Source of the DNA: Ignavibacteriota bacterium
GTDB lineage: Bacteria; Bacteroidota; Ignavibacteria; UBA10030; UBA6906
Direction: 5' to 3'
Length of the DNA: 64,000 nt
Assembly: GCA_963801355.1 (NCBI GenBank)
Contig: CAWDEM010000008.1
Location: forward strand, 2,560,001-2,624,000
Shown: piece after piece, positions 39,021 to 49,423 of the stretch
Position numbering within the stretch: the stretch's first letter is position 1
Layout of the letters: every line of letters starts with the position of its first letter
Notes under the pieces: model-generated
Told to the model about the DNA's origin: nothing
The model's input: only the letters and a program-made list of their open reading frames with translations
The model's database searches: none
Made by a program: the position numbers and the translations under genes

Positions 39021-41834
39021 TCACCGTACCCAGCGCGTGCCGCACAAGTCCACAAACGCACAGTTGGGGCAATGCCGGCGGAGGTCGGTGGTCGGAACAA
39101 ATGGTGTACCCTCAGCACCGATTTCATCAAGAAGTCCGTGGATGACTGTTTCGAGCCGGACGGACAGCTCCGCAACATTGTCGCTGTCCCCGAAGAGGGG
39201 GGCTTCCATGGTCGAGTCCACAATTTGCCTGCCAAGCATCACATACGCCGGCACGAGGTGCTCAACGCCCGTGCCGGTCGTCCGGCTGTACAACATCGCA
39301 TAAAACGGCAACTGCAGTGAGCCGATTGACGCCTTCCACCCTTCGCGATCATTGACGTCAAGCGCATCGAAACGGATGCGGTACCGGTCTCTGTCGGCCG
39401 CCGTTTTATAGTCCAGTATGAAAACTCTGTCGCCGCGCATTTCGACGTGGTCCGCCCTGCCGACAAACCGTCGTCCCCGGTTCTCGCACTGCATACGATG
39501 TTCAACATCGATAACCGTAACCGGCGACCCATCCACGAGCGGCCGGCGCCACTCCACCAGGTAACGTCTCAGCTGCCGCTCCACCTGCATCTTCATGAGA
39601 AGCCGTTGTCCGCGAGGATGCACACCGAAACGCGCGGCAAACACGCCGTCCACAACCGCAGCCATGCGCTCCGGGTCGACAAGACTGTCGCGCATCGTGG
39701 GGCCGATGAGAGTCCGGTGATACTCCGCCAGCACTTCGTGCACAAAAGTCCCGATCTCCGCACGATCGACTTCCTCCTCCACTTCCTCTCGCTCCGAGAG
39801 ACCGAGCACGTGGGCATAGTAGAATCTGAGTGGGCATGCAAGATAGGTATCAAGCATTGTTGCGCTGTACGAGAGGCGTCCCACCAGGGATCGCACTTCT
39901 CCGGTCTTTGTAACCGGTGGCGGCTCCCGGTGCGTCAATGCCACCTGCAGGTCGACCGGGCGAACATCGCCGGCATCTCCGATTCTGCGTCGCTCTTGTT
40001 CACGATCCCAGATGATGCCTTCGACGAACCGGCTTCTCTCCTTGCCTCCTCCCTCACGGTAGAAGAGATGCACCTCGTCTGCTCCGCCGAGCAGCACGGC
40101 AAACTGGTGCGCGATCACCCGTTCATGATCGCGGCGCCCGGGCAACCCGAGCGCGGCACGCACACGGGGCGGGAGGAGGGGATCCACGTCCGCTCCCCCG
40201 GGAAGGACGTCATCGGTCAGATCCAGGACACAGACTCTTTTGAACTGGAGGTTCCGCGTCTCCAGCCACCCCAGTACCTGCAGTCCCTTCAGCGGGGTTC
40301 CATGGAAAGGCACGACGCCGCCTTCCACAAGCTGCCCGAGAATAGTAGCGCTTGCCCGGGGAGTGTGCACCTGAAAGGTCCCGAGGCGGGAGTTGCGCAC
40401 CTGGTCCAGAGTGTCGATGATCTGAAGTACGAACTGACGGAACATCGTATGTGACGCGGCGGTACCCTCTTCCGCAACGTAGGTCAGCAAATCGATGCAA
40501 CATCGCGCTGCCCCGGCCAGGGTCGTGGCTTCCATCGGGAGATGCAATGCCGCGGTATGGATGCTCCGTAAGTGACGCGCCACTTCATCCACCGTGACGT
40601 CCACGTCGACGCCTCGCACAGCCGCGCGGATGCGCTCATGCAAACCTCGATGTCGCTCCAGATCCTCAAGCCGGAAGAACGTCCACCCCCTCTCACGCGC
40701 GAAGAACTCTTCAATTGTGTGAAACATGACGCGCGTCGCATCCCCCGAGCCGTTCCACCGGATGTTCTTGAGATAGGGATGCAGTACACACCCGAGATAC
40801 TCCCGGGCGTACACCTGCCCCTCCCTCATGGACGAAAGCACTTTCCAGACGCCCGCCAGGAATCCAAACACTGGCGTGCGGTCCACGGGGTACCCCAGAG
40901 AAATATTGTGCTCGCCGGCGAACGGAAGCACCCAGTGGACAAGGGGGAAGAGGGCGTTGGCCGAAGGCAACACAATCACGGTGTCTTCGTCAAGAGGGAT
41001 CCCGCGGGTTTGCATCTCCTCCACCACGCGGGCCAATCCTACAATCTGTCCGTGTGTGTCGCCGGCGCGGTAGAGGTGAATAGAGGGGCGGGTGGGATGC
41101 AGCGCCGGTGCCTCCCCACCGACGCCCAGGCTGCGCAGCATGTCCGCCACCACCGGGCCGTTCTCCAGAAGACAGTGAACCTGCGACAGACTCAGCAGAT
41201 GCCTGACAACAGCGCGCTCAGTCGCCGTCAGTGCAGCAATGCCGGCGAGTATCACCGTCGTGTAGCGCAGGAGCGAGATTGCGGATGTATGCGCGGCACA
41301 GAGTTCATGCTTGACCCCGCGCGTGACCTTTCCCTCGTCCTGGATGCGCATGTAGAACCGTTCATACAGCATGGCAAGCATGTGACCGTTGTCGAACTGC
41401 AACCCCGCACTTGCCGCCCTGACGCGATCTGGATCGGCGCGTTCGTCTTTCAACTCCTCCAATGCATCAAAGAGACGCCGGCCAAGAGGGAGAAAAGACT
41501 CGAGCGTTGCATAGCGGTCCCCGCCCAGTCGCGGTGAGGCGGCGCAATGCAGATCGAAAAGGATGCTCACCGCATCCAGAGGGCCGATTTCGTCGGCGGA
41601 ACCAAGCAACTCTTCCCTGTAGAGCGCATCCAGGAGTGTCTCAAGCGTGTACACCCGCGGGGGAAGGAACGCCCTCCCGAGCCGCCGGGCCAGCGCACGA
41701 CGCAGGAAGTGGCCCGGACGCCTCCCCTCAAAAACCACGAGAGAAGAGGAAAAATCAGACGCCCCGGGCGGAAGCAGAGCGAGCACTTCGTCGATGAGGT
41801 TGCCGCCCGTGGGCACCACCCTGACCCGGTTCAT
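39021..41834 (-). CDS. addB: AddB-like subunit with a PD-(D/E)XK nuclease domain
   Basis: Degenerate helicase body, YLACPLRFY, GRADHV...ILDYKT...QLPFY, C-terminal CPNCAFVDLC (four-Cys Fe-S staple); ATGA overlap with addA. Confidence 0.85.
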   Translation of the reverse strand: MNRVRVVPTGGNLIDEVLALLPPGASDFSSSLVVFEGRRPGHFLRRALARRLGRAFLPPRVYTLETLLDALYREELLGSADEIGPLDAVSILFDLHCAASPRLGGDRYATLESFLPLGRRLFDALEELKDERADPDRVRAASAGLQFDNGHMLAMLYERFYMRIQDEGKVTRGVKHELCAAHTSAISLLRYTTVILAGIAALTATERAVVRHLLSLSQVHCLLENGPVVADMLRSLGVGGEAPALHPTRPSIHLYRAGDTHGQIVGLARVVEEMQTRGIPLDEDTVIVLPSANALFPLVHWVLPFAGEHNISLGYPVDRTPVFGFLAGVWKVLSSMREGQVYAREYLGCVLHPYLKNIRWNGSGDATRVMFHTIEEFFARERGWTFFRLEDLERHRGLHERIRAAVRGVDVDVTVDEVARHLRSIHTAALHLPMEATTLAGAARCCIDLLTYVAEEGTAASHTMFRQFVLQIIDTLDQVRNSRLGTFQVHTPRASATILGQLVEGGVVPFHGTPLKGLQVLGWLETRNLQFKRVCVLDLTDDVLPGGADVDPLLPPRVRAALGLPGRRDHERVIAHQFAVLLGGADEVHLFYREGGGKERSRFVEGIIWDREQERRRIGDAGDVRPVDLQVALTHREPPPVTKTGEVRSLVGRLSYSATMLDTYLACPLRFYYAHVLGLSEREEVEEEVDRAEIGTFVHEVLAEYHRTLIGPTMRDSLVDPERMAAVVDGVFAARFGVHPRGQRLLMKMQVERQLRRYLVEWRRPLVDGSPVTVIDVEHRMQCENRGRRFVGRADHVEMRGDRVFILDYKTAADRDRYRIRFDALDVNDREGWKASIGSLQLPFYAMLYSRTTGTGVEHLVPAYVMLGRQIVDSTMEAPLFGDSDNVAELSVRLETVIHGLLDEIGAEGTPFVPTTDLRRHCPNCAFVDLCGTRWVR

Positions 41835-44800
41835 GACACTCTCCTGACGACCCTGCGATCCACATAGGCAATGAATCCGGATATGCTCCGGCCCGGAAAG
41901 ATATCCTGTGCAACGCTCATATAGTGCCGGATCTGGCTGCTATACTCCTCGGGGTCCTCCGTAGCCCCCGTCTTGAAATCAAGCACGGCGACCTCCGTGG
42001 GGTCGACAACAATCCTGTCGACCCGGAGAAGATTTCCTTCGCGTGCCACGACTTCGAGTTCATTGACGACTGTCCGCTCCTGCCGTTCGGTAAAGAAGGG
42101 CAAAACCTCGGGCGTGCGGAGAAAATCCACGAGGACCGGCTTGATCTCGGCCCATTCCGCGGCAGGGATGGAGCGTGCTGCCGCCTCCAGCGAGACTTCG
42201 GGATCACTGACCACTGTCAGTTGTGAAAGGATGGCATGAACCAGCTCTCCCCTCCGGGTGGCCCAGTACCCGATTTGCTTCTGTGTGGCTACGGTGACAT
42301 TGATGCGCGCTGTCGCATGAAGGGGCGTCACCCCTCGTATGTCGCTCTCCCGTCCGTGCCGTTCCGGTCGTGCCGGGGGGCGTGTGCTCCCGGTTCCTCC
42401 CGCCGGCATAAGAACACGGGTGGGAAAACGGTCCGTCTTCGATGGGTCTCCGACGGCCAGAACATAGAGTTCCTGTTCAGCGCGTGTCAGTGCCACGTAG
42501 AGCAGGTTGAAGAGGTCCGTCAACCCGTTTCGCATCTCACGGTCATAGACGGCTTTGACTGAGGGAGACCACAACGCCATCTTGCTGTTCACACGAACGA
42601 TTTCGACGCCCCCCCCGCTGTCATCGCGGGCGTTCACGGGAGCGCGCTGATGTGTGTCATGGTAGAGCACGATCACGATGGGGAACTCCATCCCCTTCGC
42701 CTTGTGGATTGTCATGAGCGTGACCGCTGTGCGTGACGGCGGATCCAGAGTCCATACCGCCTCATCCTCCCCCGTTGCCCCTGAGGCAAACGCGAGAAAC
42801 TCTTTCATGCTGTTGTGGCCGTCCTGCTCGAACCCGTTCACCGCTTCCAGCAGCTTGAGAAACGCTCCTTCTTCGTGCGGAAACAGTGTGAACACATCGA
42901 AGGTTTTGCAGGCCTCGCAGACCAGGTCGTACAGCGGGAGATGACCGATACCGGAAAAGAGCGGGGCAAAGGAGGCTTCCCACACTTCGGGGAATTGCTC
43001 CCTGAAGAGCGTGTACAATGGAGAGCCGCCTGCATCCCGCAGCCGGGCGGCGAGATCTTGAAGTGCCGCCGCCTCGATGCGGGGCCGGCGGGCATGAAGT
43101 GCGGCGGCAAACAGATCACCCAGCATGAATGTGGCAAACGACAGCGAATCCACCGGCGTATCGAGGAACCGCAGGAGCGCGAGGAATTCTCCTATCACCC
43201 GGCGTGCGCGAATATCCAGGGTGCTGTGGGACACGAACGGTATCCCCTCATGATTCAGCCAGGCGCCCACGGTGACGACATGCTCGTTGCCCGGGGTGAT
43301 GACGGCGATGTCGCCGTGGCCGTACCCGCGCTTGACGGCATCATGGATGATTTTTACAATTGCATCACGTTCTGCGGGGACATCTTCGTTGTATGAGAGG
43401 CGCAGGGTCTCGACATGGCCCCTGCCCCGGCGGCCGGGGAGCGGCGTTTGACGGCAATGCTGCAGGCCGCTCTGAGCCGCAGCTTCGGCATCGGACCCGC
43501 CGCGACCGGCGATGGATTCAAATGTCGAAGCAACGTACTCCACGATGGCTTCATCGCTCCGCCTGTTATTCGCCAGCTGGAGCTGACGGACGGGCACAGA
43601 GGGGAAGGCTTCCGTGCCTGATGCAAGCCGCTGCATGATGCGCCAGTCGGCACCCCGGAAGCCGAAAATAGATTGTTTGGTATCGCCGACAATGAACAAG
43701 CTTCCGTCCGCCGCGAGTGCGTTTTCAAGAAGCGGATGGAACGCTGCCCATTGCAGCGGAGATGTGTCCTGGAATTCGTCGATGAGGAAATGGGAGAGTG
43801 ATTCGCCGAGCATGAGGTAGATGTCCGGCACCGCGCCGGTCTGAAGATAGGTCACCAGGCGGCGGGTGATTTCCTCGAATCCAAATTGTCCGCTCACTGC
43901 CCTGGCCGTGTCCAGGTGATGGACCATGGCGGCATAGGCATCGGCGAACGGGCGCGCGTCGAAGCGCGCCGCGGTTTCTACGACACGGGACATCGCCCCG
44001 TAGAATTCCTCTACCATGGAGTGCAATGCACCTCTATGACGCGCGAGAGCCGCTTCCTGGGCGGCCTTTCCCTTCTTCGTGTAGTTGTCCTGGCGGGGGG
44101 TGCGCCGCAGCATCGCACGCCAGTCGCCTCCGGCAACCAGGGTCAGATCGTCTGCGAAGTAGCGTGTCACAGGAAGGTCATGCCGGGTGATGAATTCCTG
44201 CAGGCCCGAGGCAATCCGCTCGAGTTCCTGGACGCGGGCCTTCAGATCTTCCGCCGTCGTGGTCTGTACCAGCGGGGCGATGACCGGGGCGAGCGTCTCC
44301 CTCAGTGCTCCGACGCCCTCGCGCACCGTCCCGAACGGATCCCAGAGCACGCGTGCATCCGCACCATGGCGCACCGCGAGGTCGTCCGCAAGCCGTAGCA
44401 GTGCCGCCGTTGCGGGTTCGCCGGGACGCAACGTCGCTCCGAAGAGTTCAAAGGCATACTCGAGCACGGGGCGCGGATCCAGCTGCAGTTCGAAGTCGGG
44501 AGGAATGCCGAGGTCAAGTGAGGAGGCTTTCACCATCCGCGCGAGGAAGCTGTCAATGGTCCGGACCTGGAAATCCGAATACCGCTCCAGCACGGTCGAC
44601 ACGATCGCGCCGGCCCGCCGGCGCACCTCCTCTGCCGCAAGACCGGTCTGCGCCATCACCGCGTCCATGAGGGCGTCGTCTCCCCCTACGCACAGCGACT
44701 TCAGAAAACGCAGGATACGCTGCCGCATCTCGGCGGCGGCATTGTTGGTGAACGTGATAGCAAGTATACTGGAGAGATCCTGCGCAGGCACACCGTCGGC

Positions 44801-44965
44801 GAGAAGCAACGTGATGTAGCGAAGCGCAAGCGCGTACGTCTTCCCCGCTCCCGCCGAGGCAGAAACCAGCGTAAAATCCGGAAACGACAGCAGAGGATGC
44901 GATCGAATTGGATCGGCCCTACAGATAGATGTGGAACAGAAAATGGAATTCGTTGTTGCGCACAT
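41831..44965 (-). CDS. addA: AddA-like UvrD helicase-nuclease
   Basis: ASAGAGKT, AITFTNNAAAEM, IDEFQDTS, VGDTKQSIFGFRGA, TIHKAKGMEF, YVALTRA, C-terminal RVD...DFKTG; start uncertain. Confidence 0.9.
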   Translation of the reverse strand: MCATTNSIFCSTSICRADPIRSHPLLSFPDFTLVSASAGAGKTYALALRYITLLLADGVPAQDLSSILAITFTNNAAAEMRQRILRFLKSLCVGGDDALMDAVMAQTGLAAEEVRRRAGAIVSTVLERYSDFQVRTIDSFLARMVKASSLDLGIPPDFELQLDPRPVLEYAFELFGATLRPGEPATAALLRLADDLAVRHGADARVLWDPFGTVREGVGALRETLAPVIAPLVQTTTAEDLKARVQELERIASGLQEFITRHDLPVTRYFADDLTLVAGGDWRAMLRRTPRQDNYTKKGKAAQEAALARHRGALHSMVEEFYGAMSRVVETAARFDARPFADAYAAMVHHLDTARAVSGQFGFEEITRRLVTYLQTGAVPDIYLMLGESLSHFLIDEFQDTSPLQWAAFHPLLENALAADGSLFIVGDTKQSIFGFRGADWRIMQRLASGTEAFPSVPVRQLQLANNRRSDEAIVEYVASTFESIAGRGGSDAEAAAQSGLQHCRQTPLPGRRGRGHVETLRLSYNEDVPAERDAIVKIIHDAVKRGYGHGDIAVITPGNEHVVTVGAWLNHEGIPFVSHSTLDIRARRVIGEFLALLRFLDTPVDSLSFATFMLGDLFAAALHARRPRIEAAALQDLAARLRDAGGSPLYTLFREQFPEVWEASFAPLFSGIGHLPLYDLVCEACKTFDVFTLFPHEEGAFLKLLEAVNGFEQDGHNSMKEFLAFASGATGEDEAVWTLDPPSRTAVTLMTIHKAKGMEFPIVIVLYHDTHQRAPVNARDDSGGGVEIVRVNSKMALWSPSVKAVYDREMRNGLTDLFNLLYVALTRAEQELYVLAVGDPSKTDRFPTRVLMPAGGTGSTRPPARPERHGRESDIRGVTPLHATARINVTVATQKQIGYWATRRGELVHAILSQLTVVSDPEVSLEAAARSIPAAEWAEIKPVLVDFLRTPEVLPFFTERQERTVVNELEVVAREGNLLRVDRIVVDPTEVAVLDFKTGATEDPEEYSSQIRHYMSVAQDIFPGRSISGFIAYVDRRVVRRVS

Positions 44966-46031
44966 CGGTAGGATCTTCGGTGACGATCCTGTAGATGGGG
45001 CGCACCTCCACTCCGCTGATGGGGAAGAACTCCGCTCCGATACTGTAGCGGGATGTGGCGCCGGATTTCAGATCCCTGTCAGGATCATAGAAATCGTATG
45101 CGACTTTCAGTTGCAGTCCATCGACCACGGTGTAGTTCGCTTCAGCATACAGGACCAGACCGGTCGTCGTCCTGAACGGATTTGCATACCGCAGCAGGTC
45201 TGCTTCTCCGACAAGACTGAGGCGACCGAGACCGATCGCGCCAAAGCCTCCATAGAGGGTGGTTGAGCCGCCGGACTGCTCCCGCCGGAACACATTCGCC
45301 CCGAGTCCGAGAAACGCCCTCTCCGCAAGTTCAAACATCCCCTCGAGACGGCCGAGAAACGCCTTGTCGCTCCCGCCCGTCGCGCCAAATCCGTCGGCCG
45401 CGTTGTAGACCCCCGCACCGATCGACACCGGACCCGGCGCAACCGAAGCCTCGAGTCCCGTAACCTCCGGCCGACCCGCCGCCGGACTGAAACCCGTGTA
45501 GGTGCGGATGAATGCAGTATGATCGTCAATCCGCAATCCATAGTTGGGAACGAACTTGCCGACCTTCACATGCCCGTTCCAGGGTAGTACGTGGAGAAGG
45601 CCGTACGCTTCGAAGCCGCTATAGAGCCCTTTTTTGAAATAGAGATGAACCTTCTTTGCAATGCGGAAGTTGAAGTAGATGTCACCCTGCATCTGCCAGA
45701 ATTCATCGTTCAACGTGGAGGCCGTTCCGGTGGAATCGGGTGACTGGCGGACGATATACAGGGTCCTGAAGTCCGCACCCACCCCGAGAAAACTTGGCAA
45801 CAATTTGGAGACATCTGCAAGTTCGAAATCTTCCGACCATTTGGGAACCGGGAGTTCTTCGCGGCCGTACTGTGCCCCAAAAGCATTGCGCATCCCGCCC
45901 CCCGCAGGATTCACATGGCAGGATTGGCATTTCGACCCGGTCTGAGCCGCGAATCTCGGCAGGGCATGCGCCCCGGGAGCGGCGATCAGAAGCATGCCTG
46001 CCATGCTGCAACAGAGTACTCGTGCTCTCAT
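44919..46031 (-). CDS. Monoheme cytochrome c-porin fusion (Cyc2-like architecture)
   Basis: GGAAGGA RBS, signal peptide, LPRFAAQTGSKCQSCH, then alternating beta-strands ending EFHFLFHIYL. Confidence 0.7.
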   Translation of the reverse strand: MRARVLCCSMAGMLLIAAPGAHALPRFAAQTGSKCQSCHVNPAGGGMRNAFGAQYGREELPVPKWSEDFELADVSKLLPSFLGVGADFRTLYIVRQSPDSTGTASTLNDEFWQMQGDIYFNFRIAKKVHLYFKKGLYSGFEAYGLLHVLPWNGHVKVGKFVPNYGLRIDDHTAFIRTYTGFSPAAGRPEVTGLEASVAPGPVSIGAGVYNAADGFGATGGSDKAFLGRLEGMFELAERAFLGLGANVFRREQSGGSTTLYGGFGAIGLGRLSLVGEADLLRYANPFRTTTGLVLYAEANYTVVDGLQLKVAYDFYDPDRDLKSGATSRYSIGAEFFPISGVEVRPIYRIVTEDPTDVRNNEFHFLFHIYL

Positions 46032-46065
46032 CTGATTTGTCCTTCCGGCGTAATGAATACCACGT

Positions 46066-47481
46066 TTATCGTCGCTCTGATTCCGTCGGTTCAGCGTGAA
46101 TGACAACGCGACGGAGCTGGGGAAATTTGTCGTACAGCTTCGTTTCGAGCCGTGAGACTATATGATGGACCTCTTCGAGCGTGAGATGCCGCGCGATCGT
46201 ACAGTCCACGGCCAGGTTGAGCCGTTCACCCATGCGCAGCAGGCGCACACTGGTGCATTTCACGACGTTTTTGTCGGCGATGACCAGCTTTTTGACCGCC
46301 TGTTGGAGACGGTCGTCCTCCGCTGTAATCCCGGTCACCGCTGTCTCGTCGGGCTGATCCTCCTCCATGTGAATGGTCAGATGCTCGACGGAAGGAAGCT
46401 CCCGCCGTATCTCCTGCTCGATCCGGTCGGTCACGCCATGCGCGTCAACGAAACTCTTTCCCTCTTCGTATTCAATATCAAAGGCCACATGGTACTGTCC
46501 GTTAATGAAGTGTACTTCAAGGTTGTGCGGCGGATGGAGGCCGTTCCTGCTGACAATCATTCTGACCTTATCGGCGATGGTCTCATCATTACTCTCGGCC
46601 GGCTCGGCATGGACCACGATATCAATTTCCTTGTGCCGCATGTGGACCGCCTGTTCGATCCTGTCCATGATCGCGTGCGCTTCCTGAAACGGCGTGGTCC
46701 GGCGTACGGCGATGGTTGTGTCGACGAACACCTTGGCTCCGGACGGCCGCAGCCGGATGCTCCGGACTTCCTCCACGCCATCCACCTGGCGGAGAGTCTC
46801 GAGCACCTGCTCATACAGTCCTTCGGGAACGCGATCCATCAGTGCATCAATGGTCCGCTTCCCGAGGCGATAACTCACAAAGAGCACCAGCAATGCGACC
46901 AGAATTGCGGCAACCGCATCCACCCACATGTAGCCGAGTGCTACAAACGCCAATCCGAGCAGGACGACGAGGGAGCTCCACACATCACTCGAGAAGTGGA
47001 GCGCATCGGCTTCGAGCGCCTGGCTGTTGAACTTCTTTGCAACACGCTTCAGGGCCCGGGACCTGCTGATATCGACACCGATCGCCACGACAATGACGAC
47101 AAAGCCCCAGATGTTCGCCTCCACATGGCTTGTGCGGTAGAAGAGGCGTTGAACAGCTTCATAAATTATCCATCCGCACGTAATGATCAGCAGAAGGGTC
47201 TCAGCGAATGCGGAAAGATTCTCGACCTTGCCATGGCCATAGGTGTGTTCGCGGTCGGGCGGACGGTCCGCCACTCGCACCGCAAAATAGGTCATCAGGG
47301 CGGCAAGGAAATCCAGTCCCGAATGCGCCGCCTCGGACAGCAAGCCCAGGCTGTTCGTCTGAAGGCCGACAACGAGCTTCAGCAACGTAATGAAAATGGC
47401 GGCGAGCACCGAAGTGCGCGCAATACGCCGCTTCTCGTTTTTGGGATCTCTCTGCAGGGCGGTGCCGCTATATGATGCCAT
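46066..47481 (-). CDS. Cation diffusion facilitator (FieF-like) with three C-terminal domains
   Basis: SEAAHSGLD, HTYGHGKVE, ADALHFSSD; three segments ending VHAEP / IHMEE / IHAEP. Confidence 0.9.
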   Translation of the reverse strand: MASYSGTALQRDPKNEKRRIARTSVLAAIFITLLKLVVGLQTNSLGLLSEAAHSGLDFLAALMTYFAVRVADRPPDREHTYGHGKVENLSAFAETLLLIITCGWIIYEAVQRLFYRTSHVEANIWGFVVIVVAIGVDISRSRALKRVAKKFNSQALEADALHFSSDVWSSLVVLLGLAFVALGYMWVDAVAAILVALLVLFVSYRLGKRTIDALMDRVPEGLYEQVLETLRQVDGVEEVRSIRLRPSGAKVFVDTTIAVRRTTPFQEAHAIMDRIEQAVHMRHKEIDIVVHAEPAESNDETIADKVRMIVSRNGLHPPHNLEVHFINGQYHVAFDIEYEEGKSFVDAHGVTDRIEQEIRRELPSVEHLTIHMEEDQPDETAVTGITAEDDRLQQAVKKLVIADKNVVKCTSVRLLRMGERLNLAVDCTIARHLTLEEVHHIVSRLETKLYDKFPQLRRVVIHAEPTESERR

Positions 47482-47504
47482 CGCGATGTTCGGATTTCGG
47501 GAAA

Positions 47505-47939
47505 TCAGGGTTCCAGGCGAAAACGGACGCGCAATGCGTTTTCTTCGAATGACCAGGATATCAGTCGAAATCGGCCGATGTCTTCTGTCGTTGCCACATG
47601 TGCACCCGCACAGGGACAGGCATCGAAGTCACCAATGCGGATAATACGCACGATCTCCCCGACCTCATCCGGCAGCCGGGAGAGATTGAACTGCTGTTCG
47701 GCTTCCCGCCGGGCAAGGAACTCTTCCCGCACGGGGAGATCGCGGCCGATCTGTTCGTTCACCAGTGCTTCCACGCGGCGCGCCTCCTCCTCGGTGAGAA
47801 GACGTGTAAAACGGTAGTCGGCTTTGGACTTTTTCTTTTCCAGATGTGTTGTAAACGGACGTCCCATGCCGAACAGCTTCGCCAGTGCGCCGGTGAGCAG
47901 GTGTTCGGCCGAATGCATCCGCGGATCAGCTTCTTTCAT
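47505..47939 (-). CDS. alaX: Free-standing tRNA editing protein (small AlaX-type)
   Basis: RMHSAEHLL (HxxxH) and CPCAGAHV (CxxxH) zinc motifs in a 144-aa protein. Confidence 0.8.
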   Translation of the reverse strand: MKEADPRMHSAEHLLTGALAKLFGMGRPFTTHLEKKKSKADYRFTRLLTEEEARRVEALVNEQIGRDLPVREEFLARREAEQQFNLSRLPDEVGEIVRIIRIGDFDACPCAGAHVATTEDIGRFRLISWSFEENALRVRFRLEP

Positions 47940-47941
47940 TT

Positions 47942-49387
47942 CTATCCTTTCATCACCGCGAGCGGCACCAGCCGCGCCACCTTGCTCGCAATCCCCGCTC
48001 CTTGTACCACATCCACAACCTTATTGACGTTCTTGTACGCATCCGGCTTTTCTTCGGTCAGGCCGCTCCGGCTCTGCCCGCGAACAAGAATGCCCCTGCG
48101 TTTCATCTCCTCCAGCAGTGCCTCGGGGGAGGTGTCCCGCTTGGCTTGCGTCCGGCTCATAGCCCTGCCCGCACCGTGACACGAGGAGCCGAACGTCTCA
48201 GCCATCGCCCGTTCGGTGCCAACCAGGATGTACGATTCCGTGCCCATACTCCCCGGGATCAGCACCGGCTGGCCGACACCGCGCAAATCATCCGGAAGCA
48301 CCGGATGTCCCTTCGGAAAAGCCCGCGTAGCCCCTTTGCGATGGACGAGCACGGTTGTGCGGCGGCCGTTGACACGGTGCTCTTCCTTCTTGGCAATATT
48401 ATGACACACGTCGTACACAACCTGGATGTCATCTGTCCCCATGACCCTCCGGAATACCTGGCGCACTCCGTGCGTCATCATTTGCCGGTTGGCAAACGCG
48501 AAGTTGGCGGCAGCTCCCATTGCCCGCAGATAACTCTCCCCTTCGTGCGATGCGATGGGCACACACGCAAGTTGACGGTCCACGACATTGATCCCATATT
48601 TCTTCATGCTGCCGTCCATCAGGTCAAGGTAATCCGTGCACACTTGATGCCCCAACCCGCGTGAACCGGTATGGATCAGCACAACGATCTGCCCTTTGCG
48701 CACGCCGAAGACACGGGCAGTCGCATCATCATAGATCTCTTTCACTTCCTGAATTTCAAGAAAGTGGTTGCCGGACCCCAGCGTCCCCAGCTGCCGCTGA
48801 CCGCGCTCCTTTGCCCGGCTGCTGACGCTTCCCGGGGCGGCGCCCGGGAGGCATCCGAACTCCTCGATCCGTGCCAGGTCGTTGTCCTCACCATATGAAC
48901 GCCGTACCGCCCAGCGCGCACCGTCTGTCAGCACCTCATCCAGCTCCTTCTCATTCAAGCCCACAGGACCCTTGGAGCCGGTTCCACAGGGAATGTCGCG
49001 GAAGAGCTGGTTCAACAGCGTCGCCAGCTTTGCGCGGATATCCTCGGGGTCTGCGTTCACCGCCAGGAGCCGTACACCACAATTAATGTCGAAACCCACG
49101 CCCCCGGCCGAGACAATCCCGCTCTCCAGATCGGCGGCAGCGACACCACCGATACAGAAGCCGTATCCCTGATGCGCATCGGGCATGGCCAGCGACATGC
49201 CGACAAGACCCGGCAGCGTCGCCACATTGGCGATTTGTTCTGGTGTCTGGTCCGATGCGATCTGTCGCAACAACTCCGCGTCGGCATACACCATGCCGTC
49301 GATCCGCATCCCCTTCTTGGAGGATGCAGGAAGCCTGTAGCGATACTCATCGACACGCTCAAACACGCGCGCACTCCGGGAAGTCAC
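47942..49387 (-). CDS. rtcB: RNA ligase RtcB (long, archaeal-like type)
   Basis: MPDAHQGYGFCIGGV, GFDINCGVR, GTLGSGNHFLE, HTGSRGLGHQVC, HRKGATRA, SSCHGAGR. Confidence 0.97.
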   Translation of the reverse strand: MTSRSARVFERVDEYRYRLPASSKKGMRIDGMVYADAELLRQIASDQTPEQIANVATLPGLVGMSLAMPDAHQGYGFCIGGVAAADLESGIVSAGGVGFDINCGVRLLAVNADPEDIRAKLATLLNQLFRDIPCGTGSKGPVGLNEKELDEVLTDGARWAVRRSYGEDNDLARIEEFGCLPGAAPGSVSSRAKERGQRQLGTLGSGNHFLEIQEVKEIYDDATARVFGVRKGQIVVLIHTGSRGLGHQVCTDYLDLMDGSMKKYGINVVDRQLACVPIASHEGESYLRAMGAAANFAFANRQMMTHGVRQVFRRVMGTDDIQVVYDVCHNIAKKEEHRVNGRRTTVLVHRKGATRAFPKGHPVLPDDLRGVGQPVLIPGSMGTESYILVGTERAMAETFGSSCHGAGRAMSRTQAKRDTSPEALLEEMKRRGILVRGQSRSGLTEEKPDAYKNVNKVVDVVQGAGIASKVARLVPLAVMKG

Positions 49388-49423
49388 ACCAACCTACGTA
49401 TTGTCGCGGGGATATTCAACGCC

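Noticed and set aside
39021-41834. Cas4 or a defence nuclease, given the PD-(D/E)XK domain with four Cys
   Set aside because: Its size, degenerate helicase body and coupling to a UvrD helicase-nuclease indicate housekeeping AddAB
46162-47475. 437-aa plus-strand ORF, and similar ones at 5906-7069, 26453-27580 and 59148-60293
   Set aside because: Fully antisense to well-supported genes and without domain motifs
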